Source: Thermoleophilia bacterium (GTDB lineage: Bacteria > Actinomycetota > Thermoleophilia > BMS3ABIN01). Taken from it: a stretch of DNA of 64,000 bases. The position numbers were made by a program, and so were the translations under genes. Under the pieces are notes generated by a model. It had not been told where the DNA came from, ran no database searches, and was given only the letters and a program-made list of their open reading frames with translations. This document shows, one piece after another, positions 57,648-64,000 of the stretch (its first letter is position 1; the number at the start of each line of letters is the position of its first letter). The stretch is from NCBI GenBank assembly GCA_014874265.1, contig JACWAM010000018.1:5955-69954 (forward strand). The letters are read 5' to 3'.

Positions 57648-58138
57648 TGGGAGGCTAAGCGCCGGGTCAGGAAGAACTCCCGAAGCAGAGACGCCGATTC
57701 CCCGGCCAATATTCCCCCGGTGACTGTCACTCTGTGATTCAGGCGCGGGTCGCCAACGATATCCATCAGGGTGCCGGCTGCGCCCGCCTTGGCATCCGGG
57801 GCTCCATAAAAGATGTTGTCAATGCGGGCCTGATAGATAGCGCCGGCGCACATTGGGCATGGCTCGATGGTAACATAAATATTACACCCGGTTAATCTCC
57901 AGCCACCCAACTGCTTCGCGGCCCGCCTGATTGCCAGGATCTCCGCGTGCGCGGTCGGGTCCCGGCGCTGCTCCCGCTCGTTTCCAGCGGCGGCAAGCAC
58001 CTCTCCCCTCCTCTCGATTACGGCTCCGACCGGCACATCTCCATTGACACCGGCCTGACGAGCCTCCTCCAGAGCCAGAAACATAAATTGCCCGGAGGCT
58101 GGAGGCTGGAGGCTGGAGGCTGGATAGAAAGAACTCAT
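57602..58138 (-). CDS. tadA: tRNA-specific adenosine-34 deaminase
   Basis: HAEILAIRRAA...VTIEPCPMCAGAI CDA zinc motif. Probable true start MFLALEEARQAG (58084); the 5' extension is encoded by a heptamer repeat. Confidence 0.85.
   Translation of the reverse strand: MSSFYPASSLQPPASGQFMFLALEEARQAGVNGDVPVGAVIERRGEVLAAAGNEREQRRDPTAHAEILAIRRAAKQLGGWRLTGCNIYVTIEPCPMCAGAIYQARIDNIFYGAPDAKAGAAGTLMDIVGDPRLNHRVTVTGGILAGESASLLREFFLTRRLASHQPPSDPAGGSCFIR
58094..58123. repeat. tandem heptamer (GAGGCTG) x4 at the 5' end/upstream of tadA
   Basis: Seen directly. Confidence 0.8.
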
Positions 58139-58232
58139 TCAGAGGATTTTGAAGACGTGGTGGGCTCCATTAGCACTTGGTTTAGATTTTGGTTTGATCT
58201 AAATTCAAAAATCGGTGTCGGCACCTGCTTTT

Positions 58233-58309
58233 TGGCGCGCCCGACAGGATTCGAACCTGTGGCCTTTGGATTCGTAGTCCAACGCTCTATCCAGCTGAGC
58301 TACGGGCGC
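58233..58309 (-). tRNA. tRNA-Arg (anticodon ACG)
   Basis: 77 nt, anticodon loop CUACGAA. Nearly identical backbone to the Arg(CCG) tRNA. Confidence 0.9.
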
Positions 58310-58405
58310 TTAAAAGCGGGACTTTAAACACCAGATGCTGGACATTTGGATGAACCTGGAAGCAATAATTGCAATGTCCGAAGTCTAACATCCAATATCC
58401 GCTTT

Positions 58406-58501
58406 TGGCGGAGAGGGAGGGATTCGAACCCTCGAAGGAGGCTCAAAACCCCCTTAATCGCTTAGCAGGCGATCGCCTTCAGCCGGCTCGGCCACCTCTC
58501 C
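58406..58501 (-). tRNA. tRNA-Ser (anticodon GCU)
   Basis: 96 nt, long D-loop and variable arm, anticodon loop CUGCUAA. Confidence 0.85.
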
Positions 58502-58526
58502 AGTCTTGAGCCTTCCAAAGTACATC

Positions 58527-59411
58527 CTACTGGCTCCTGCCCTCTCTAATCCGTGCTTCACGGGCAGCTCTCTCTGCCACCTCGCGCGCCCGCTTCTCAT
58601 CAACGGCGCGGCGCTGTTCCTCGGCCAACTGAGGCTTCAGCCTGAGCTGCTGCGATATGCCTAACATATACTTGATGTAATCGAAAGCAAAGTGCATTAG
58701 CTCAATCTCGTCATTTTTAATTTTTTCCAACCGCTCGGGTTCGACATCGAATATCTCCAGGAAGCGGCTTTCTAGCACGTAACGTCTAAAAGCATCGATA
58801 TCATAACTTGCCAGGTAGAACATTTTCTGCCGGCGCTCCCGGTCTTCATCTTCACGCGGAAGGTTTTGCTTCATCATGATATTCTTCCATTCAAGATTAA
58901 GCTCGTCTGCGCGGGCAGCCTCCTGATCTTCTCGCCATTTCCCAATCGTCCATTGCCGGTCTTCGTCAAAGCCGCGGCAGTGATCCTCCTTGATGATCAC
59001 ATAAAACTCCTGATGGACCGGATCTTCATCCTCTTTTTCACTGGCTGTCCGATGTGTCGCCTGCCCAACCGGGTAGTAACGGCAGGCGGCCGGCCGGTCC
59101 GTATAGATGCGGCAGCCCTCTTTCTCCGCGACAAAGGGACAAAGTTTTTGATCATCTTCGTTCATTTTAATGAAGACGAGCGGATGGGTGGTTTTTTCGT
59201 CTTCCCGATAGCGGGTGTACCGGGCCAGAAACTCAGTGCTGCTCAGTCCCAACCGGTTTTTCATTCGGATGACATCATGTGGCGTCAGCAGCAACTCAAT
59301 ATTGCGGCAGCAGCGGGTAAAGCATGAGATGCCCGGATAGCACCGGAAATTGAACTCCGATTCCAATTCGAATTTAGCCGGTATGACTGATTTGTTGTTT
59401 AGGGAAACCAT
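58527..59411 (-). CDS. YkgJ-like Cys-cluster (putative Fe-S/Zn) protein with charged C-terminal coiled-coil
   Basis: FNFRCYPGISCFTRCC...CPFVAEKEGCRIYTDRPAACRYYP, then an Arg/Glu-rich C-terminus. Confidence 0.5.
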   Translation of the reverse strand: MVSLNNKSVIPAKFELESEFNFRCYPGISCFTRCCRNIELLLTPHDVIRMKNRLGLSSTEFLARYTRYREDEKTTHPLVFIKMNEDDQKLCPFVAEKEGCRIYTDRPAACRYYPVGQATHRTASEKEDEDPVHQEFYVIIKEDHCRGFDEDRQWTIGKWREDQEAARADELNLEWKNIMMKQNLPREDEDRERRQKMFYLASYDIDAFRRYVLESRFLEIFDVEPERLEKIKNDEIELMHFAFDYIKYMLGISQQLRLKPQLAEEQRRAVDEKRAREVAERAAREARIREGRSQ

Positions 59412-59513
59412 AACTTGTCTTACCTATTGTAAAGCATTTTGCCGCAAAAAAACGCGGGCGGCCGCATCTTAGGCAGGACCCGCCCGCAGTCAGATCTTCT
59501 AAAAAAGAAGAGC

Positions 59514-60863
59514 CTACATAGGCGTGTCGCGCCCGGCTGTGCGGGCAAAAGCCATTGCTGTTGCCCTATAAACCATGTGTGACATTTTTGAGAAAGGAGC
59601 ATAAATGAACAGGAACATCACCAGAGAGAGGTGTATGAAGTAAGTGGGATAAGCCAGCACACCGATATCCCCCAGGCGGAAGGCGGCCGAACCGATCCCG
59701 GTGATCATCAGGAGGGCGATGACAATGATGAGCAGCCAGTCAAAATAACTGCCGAGACCCACCTTAACCTGATGTTTAAAGCGGTTGATCATGATTAAGC
59801 CGATGCCGATGATGCCGGCGATGGCGCCAGAGTAGCCAAACAGCTTTACCACACTGATGGTTGGATAGGGCGAGACAGAGCCGGTTCCACCCCAAAGCAG
59901 GGGAAAATCGGTAAAGACAGTAGAGGCGATCGTGGCCAGGAAGAGCAGTACGAAAGCATAAAGGATGAACAGATGCGATATCTTGCGGTCCTTGGTCTCA
60001 TCGCATTTGCCGAAGCGCTTGTGCACGGCGATCTCGCTGATCACGGGCCCCACCTGCGCCGCGCCACTGCCAGTAACGGGGCTCCCCTCTTCAGTGGCGT
60101 GCCGCTTCATCATCACCCAGTAATTGCGGATTCCCATGGCAAAGACGATGATCGAGATGACAAAGAATGTGCTAAAGACACCAACTATCGACCAGTGTCC
60201 GAGCAGCTGGCCGTAAACTATTTGCCCGGCATGCTCAAGCTTGCCGTCGACAATCTCTCCCCGCGGAGGATTGAAATGTCCCAGCAGGCCGACTGCCAAA
60301 CCGACGATGATCAGCGGGATGGCGGCCATGATGGCGATCATAGACGGGTTGCCAACGCCCTTGGCCAGAAAACCCGGCTTTGATAAAGAAGGAATCGACA
60401 TCTTGGCGACCGCCTGCATCACTCTGCCAGGCTTCGCGTCGCGCGGACACTGCGCGGTGCAATCATTGCACTGATGGCATAACCAGATATCAGGATCGGC
60501 AACCAGTTTATCTTTCAGGCCCCATTGCGCCCAGATCATCTCTTTCCGGGGGAAGGGATGATCATCGGGTGTGATGTTACAGACGACGGAGCAGGTCGCG
60601 CACTGGAAACATTTCTTCAGATCGGTGCCACCGGCGCCGATGACCTCGCGCACGAACTGGATGTCGGGTTCAATGCTCCTGGCCGGAGCCGCTACCGGTG
60701 CAGCGGCAGCCTCTGCCGTGGCCTCATCGCCCGAGGTTTCAGCCTCAGCCGAAGCAGCGCTTTCGTCTGTCGCCACCGCAGTCGTGCCCTCAGCCTCAGC
60801 GCTTGCCTTGGGCGCTTCAGCGCCGGTCGATTCTTCGTTGTTTTCTACTGACTCGTCCGCCAT
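59514..60863 (-). CDS. qmoC: QmoC-like membrane subunit (HdrC-like ferredoxin domain + heme-b-type HdrE/NarI-like TM domain)
   Basis: Acidic Ala/Glu/Thr-rich N-terminus, then CFQCATCSVVC...CHQCNDCTAQCP (2x[4Fe-4S]), then 5-6 TM helices with conserved His. Confidence 0.65.
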   Translation of the reverse strand: MADESVENNEESTGAEAPKASAEAEGTTAVATDESAASAEAETSGDEATAEAAAAPVAAPARSIEPDIQFVREVIGAGGTDLKKCFQCATCSVVCNITPDDHPFPRKEMIWAQWGLKDKLVADPDIWLCHQCNDCTAQCPRDAKPGRVMQAVAKMSIPSLSKPGFLAKGVGNPSMIAIMAAIPLIIVGLAVGLLGHFNPPRGEIVDGKLEHAGQIVYGQLLGHWSIVGVFSTFFVISIIVFAMGIRNYWVMMKRHATEEGSPVTGSGAAQVGPVISEIAVHKRFGKCDETKDRKISHLFILYAFVLLFLATIASTVFTDFPLLWGGTGSVSPYPTISVVKLFGYSGAIAGIIGIGLIMINRFKHQVKVGLGSYFDWLLIIVIALLMITGIGSAAFRLGDIGVLAYPTYFIHLSLVMFLFIYAPFSKMSHMVYRATAMAFARTAGRDTPM

Positions 60864-60873
60864 CTCATCCCTC

Positions 60874-63264
60874 CTAAAATCCCTTGAACGGATTGGGCCC
60901 GAATTCCTTCAGTTTTTCGGCAAAGTCCTCCATGATCCGCGGCAACTGGTCCCATTCATTGAGAGCCAACTGGATCTGCGAGACACGCTCCGATTCCAGC
61001 ATGAGCCGCCCCAGCGTTTCCTGGACCTTGCCCAGGCGTTCATTGGCCGCCTTGCTCCCCTTGACAAAATGACACTGATAATCGTCATCGTAGCGGCAGC
61101 CGATCAGGAGGAACCCTTCGATTCCCGCCGAAAGCGCGTCGGCGATCCAGACCAGGTTTGTGCCACCCAGGCATCTCATCGTAATAAACCTGTAAAACGG
61201 GCTAATATTCAGACGGTTGAGCCCGGCTATATCGATAGCCGGATAGGCGTCATTTTCACAGATAAGGGCGATGATTCGCGGCTTGCTGTCTTCTTCCGGA
61301 ACCTTGACGGCTTTCATCTGCGAAGCGATCATCTCGACGCTGTAGTTTTTAAAGGAAATGATCCTTTGCGGGCACGCGCCCATACAGGTGCCGCAGCGGC
61401 GGCAGCGGTAGGTATTTGTCTTTGGCGTACCGTTCTCTTCCTCATCCAGGACGCCGAACGGGCATTCAACCGTGCAACGTCGGCACTGGGTGCAGTTGGT
61501 GTAGTTGATCTCCGGGAATGACTGGTCGCCAGCGCGGGGATGTACCCCCATGCCCTGGGAAGCCAGCTCCAGCACCTGGATGGCCTTGAGAGCAGCTCCT
61601 TTGCCATCGTTGACGGACTGCATCGCGGTCATCGGATGTCGTACGGCGCCGGCGGCGTAGATGCCGGTGCGGCGCGTTTCGTATGGAAAGCAGACAAAGT
61701 GAGAATCGGGATAGCCATATTTCAGGTACGGCATCTCCGGCCCCTGGCGGTACTCGAGGTTAAGCACCACCGGATCGGCGACGACTTCTTTGATGACGCC
61801 GTCAACCGTCTTGGTTTCCCGCCACTGACCGACATACTCAGGCGTCAGGTCATTCACGCCCTCAATATGCGCCGGCAGCGAGTTGGTCATCATGCCGGTG
61901 GCCAGCACCAGCATATCAGCCACAATCATCACCTTCTCACCCAGGATCGTGTTGTCGATTTCGAGGATGATATTGCCCGATTCGTCCTCGGTGATACTGG
62001 TCACCTCACCCTTGGTGAGCATGACTCCCGGGTTGTTTTGAGCTGATTTATAAAACTCCTCGTAGAGTCCAGGCGTCCGCATATCCTTGTAAATGATAAA
62101 CGCCGCTGCATCGGGATTGCCTTCAGTCACATAAAGGGCCTGTTTCAGTGAGGTCAGGCAGCAGACCGAAGAGCAATACGGCAGATGCTCGGGGTCGCGC
62201 TGGCCGGCACATTGAAGAAACGCCACCCGGGTGGCCTTCTGGCCGTCCGAGGGGCGCGCGATGACGCCGTCGCCGTCAAGGGCGATTTGCTCCACCTCCA
62301 CATTCGTGACAACGTTCTTGAATTTGCCGTAGCCGAGGTTTTCCAGCCGGTTGGCGTTATAAGGCTTCCAGCCGATCGCCAGCACAATGCTGCCGATATT
62401 GATGGTTTCCGAACTGCCGTTGCTGTTTACGGTAACCTCATATTTCCCCGGTTCACCGGCGGTCTTCTCAATGGCAGCTCCGGTAATCACGCGAATCTTG
62501 TCGCTGGCCTCAACAGCGTTGATCTTGTTCTCAATATCCGGTTTGCGGGTTTCGGCAAAAGGCATCTTGTCCGGCATGATCTTGTACATCTTTTTAGCCC
62601 AGCCACCCAGTTCGGCCTCTTTTTCGATCAGGATCACGTCGTAGCCTGCATTTGCCGATTCTAGGGCGCTGGACAGGCCGGTGGGCCCGCCGCCGACGAC
62701 AAGGATGGTTTTGTTAATGTCTTCGATGTGCGGCTCCGGCGGCTCGCTCGCCCTCGCCCTGACAATTCCCATCCGGAGATGGTCTTCGGCCATCTCCTGC
62801 GTATTCTCGTTAATTGCCGGCGCTGCCGCTTCAGTCTCAGCTTCTTCTGATGCGTCAGTTCCTGCGCCTTCTGCGTTTTCCGGGGCTGTTTCCGCGGCCG
62901 CTTCTGCTTCGGCGGGAGTTTCCTCACCGGCAGCGGGCTCTACTTCCTTTTGTGCGGGCGGATTTTGCGTCCAGATGATGTGGTCTCTCAGGTTAACCCG
63001 CTCGGTGACGTACTTGAGCGGATCAAAATCAAAAATATCAGTGTTGTGGCGCATAGAACACGCGCCTATCACTATGGTATTGACGCCCTCATTGTTTATG
63101 TCATCCTTGATCATTTGCGCCCCTTCCTGATTGCAGAGGAAGGGAGTGCTTTTGACGACATCCGCCTTGTACTCATTGGTGGCGATGTTCTTTAATGCCT
63201 CGATATCAAGCGCTTCGCCGAGGCCGCAATCGGAACAGATGTAGACGCCGATCTTCTTTTCCAT
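60874..63264 (-). CDS. qmoB: QmoB-like subunit (HdrA-like FAD/Fe-S protein with MvhD-like domains)
   Basis: 796 aa with FAD motif VVGGGPTGLSSAL, CSSVCC, two ferredoxin motifs CTQCRRCTVECP/CRRCGTCMGACP, and MvhD-like domains at both ends. GGGAGG RBS. Start codon overlaps the qmoA stop (TAATG). Confidence 0.7.
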   Translation of the reverse strand: MEKKIGVYICSDCGLGEALDIEALKNIATNEYKADVVKSTPFLCNQEGAQMIKDDINNEGVNTIVIGACSMRHNTDIFDFDPLKYVTERVNLRDHIIWTQNPPAQKEVEPAAGEETPAEAEAAAETAPENAEGAGTDASEEAETEAAAPAINENTQEMAEDHLRMGIVRARASEPPEPHIEDINKTILVVGGGPTGLSSALESANAGYDVILIEKEAELGGWAKKMYKIMPDKMPFAETRKPDIENKINAVEASDKIRVITGAAIEKTAGEPGKYEVTVNSNGSSETINIGSIVLAIGWKPYNANRLENLGYGKFKNVVTNVEVEQIALDGDGVIARPSDGQKATRVAFLQCAGQRDPEHLPYCSSVCCLTSLKQALYVTEGNPDAAAFIIYKDMRTPGLYEEFYKSAQNNPGVMLTKGEVTSITEDESGNIILEIDNTILGEKVMIVADMLVLATGMMTNSLPAHIEGVNDLTPEYVGQWRETKTVDGVIKEVVADPVVLNLEYRQGPEMPYLKYGYPDSHFVCFPYETRRTGIYAAGAVRHPMTAMQSVNDGKGAALKAIQVLELASQGMGVHPRAGDQSFPEINYTNCTQCRRCTVECPFGVLDEEENGTPKTNTYRCRRCGTCMGACPQRIISFKNYSVEMIASQMKAVKVPEEDSKPRIIALICENDAYPAIDIAGLNRLNISPFYRFITMRCLGGTNLVWIADALSAGIEGFLLIGCRYDDDYQCHFVKGSKAANERLGKVQETLGRLMLESERVSQIQLALNEWDQLPRIMEDFAEKLKEFGPNPFKGF

Positions 63265-64000
63265 TACAGATTACCTCCCGCCGTTGCGGCCGTTTTGGCG
63301 CTGGTCTGCAAAGTTGCGAGCGCCGCGCCGGTCGCGTCCTGAACCGACGTTGTTACATCATCAGGCCGGCAGGCAACGCCGCACGCATAGATGCCGTCAG
63401 CCAGCCTGTCCGGATCGATAAAGCCATGCTCCTCGAACGGAATGTCCAGAGGGATGTTCGCTCCCGGTCCCGCTGGCTCCATACCGGAAGCCAGGACAAC
63501 AAGGTCGAACTGCTTCTTGATCTTGCCGCCGCCAAGAATGTCCTCAACGGTGACGACCGGATCTCCTGTGCTCTGATCCATCTCGATTTTTGCCACTTTT
63601 CCTTTGGTCAGAGTGACATTTTCGTCGTCCTGCAACCGGCGGAGAAAGTCTTCGTACTTTCCGGGCGCCCGCAAATCAATGTAAAAGATTTCCGCCGTTG
63701 ATTCAGGGTCCCGATCACGCAAGTAAGTCGCTTGTTTCAGCGATGCCATGCAGCAGATCGCCGAACAGTAGGCAAGGTTATTCTCGTCCCGGCTGCCAGC
63801 GCACTGGGCAAAAGCGATCTTCTTGACTTCCTTGCCATCGGAGGGTCGGATGATCCGACCCTTGGAGGGACCATTCGGCGCCGCCAGCCGCTCCATCATC
63901 ACGTTAGTGACAACGTTGGGGATGGCGCCAAAATTGAGATTTTCAATCTTTGATGCATCATAAGGATTCCACCCGGTGGCCAGCACAATGCTGGATGCAG
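63264..64000 (-). CDS. qmoA: QmoA-like subunit (HdrA-like flavoprotein), C-terminal part; gene continues past window end
   Basis: ...FAQCAGSRDENNLAYCSAICCMASLKQATYL... The reading frame is open to position 64000. Confidence 0.65.
   Translation of the reverse strand, partial: ASSIVLATGWNPYDASKIENLNFGAIPNVVTNVMMERLAAPNGPSKGRIIRPSDGKEVKKIAFAQCAGSRDENNLAYCSAICCMASLKQATYLRDRDPESTAEIFYIDLRAPGKYEDFLRRLQDDENVTLTKGKVAKIEMDQSTGDPVVTVEDILGGGKIKKQFDLVVLASGMEPAGPGANIPLDIPFEEHGFIDPDRLADGIYACGVACRPDDVTTSVQDATGAALATLQTSAKTAATAGGNL

Noticed and set aside
58406-58501. Whether the 96-nt long-arm tRNA could be tRNA-Sec, given the candidate selenoprotein nearby.
   Set aside because: The anticodon loop reads CUGCUAA (GCU = Ser), not UCA, and the acceptor stem is 7 bp. 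It is a type-II tRNA-Ser.
60571-61521. 316-aa + strand ORF inside qmoB.
   Set aside because: It is an antisense frame of a strongly supported HdrA-like gene, Ala/Ser-rich and low-complexity.

Overview
This window is about 64 kb of a GC-rich bacterial chromosome with dense, mostly housekeeping content. The gene order tsaE-tsaB-rimI-tsaD, the RtcB/archease pair and FmdB-type zinc ribbons point to an anaerobic Firmicutes/Clostridia-like organism. The QmoABC-type genes at the 3' end, several DsrE/TusA sulfur-carrier genes and an in-frame TGA in a thioredoxin-fold gene suggest a sulfate/sulfur-metabolising lineage; this is an inference. I found no transposases, integrases, CRISPR arrays, rRNA genes or obvious phage genes.

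Coordinates for ORF-track genes are taken from the track. Coordinates I derived myself (tRNAs, riboswitches, hairpins, repeats, alternative starts) could be off by ±1-2 nt.

What is in the window, in order:
- tsaD/rimI/tsaB/tsaE, a family-4 uracil-DNA glycosylase, panCD, a YjbQ-family protein and an HPS::RraA-like fusion.
- An ECF sigma / zinc-anti-sigma pair next to FmdB, ferredoxin and trxA.
- An L,D-transpeptidase.
- A c-di-GMP-I (GEMM) riboswitch with an intrinsic terminator upstream of a small secreted protein. The ORF track's 11087..11650 ORF begins inside the aptamer.
- A c-di-GMP signalling neighbourhood with two GGDEF proteins, an HD-GYP protein and a DUF4388 protein.
- fpg, an MFS transporter, argS and a K+ channel.
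- An iscS-iscU operon led by an unusual IscR(Rrf2)::TusA fusion gene.
- tatD, metG, an M23 peptidase, murE, two AI-2E transporters and an MTAP-like phosphorylase.
- A cysteine/sulfur-carrier island: Rrf2 regulator, cysK, tusA, a ThiS/CysO-like gene with a C-terminal tail beyond Gly-Gly, moeB, a JAMM protease and a LarE-like PP-loop ATPase, with cysE nearby.
- A DUF211/VIT-like pair and a UvrD/PcrA helicase.
- A GcvH-like / ArsR / DsrE-like locus with a tandem 20-bp repeat and a palindrome in its control region.
- A cobalamin riboswitch (not TPP) in front of a ThiC paralog, which makes it a candidate BzaF 5-hydroxybenzimidazole synthase. A DsrE/TusA pair follows.
- A PrsA-like lipoprotein and an ABC-2 transporter.
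- A thioredoxin-fold lipoprotein gene that the ORF track split in two at an in-frame TGA. The TGA aligns with the first Cys of the CxxC motif, making it a candidate selenoprotein (UxxC).
- A five-tRNA cluster (Arg-CCG, Ser-GGA, Ser-CGA, Arg-ACG, Ser-GCU) with tadA next to its substrate tRNA-Arg(ACG).
- A YkgJ-like Cys-cluster protein and qmoC-qmoB-qmoA, with qmoA running off the window end.
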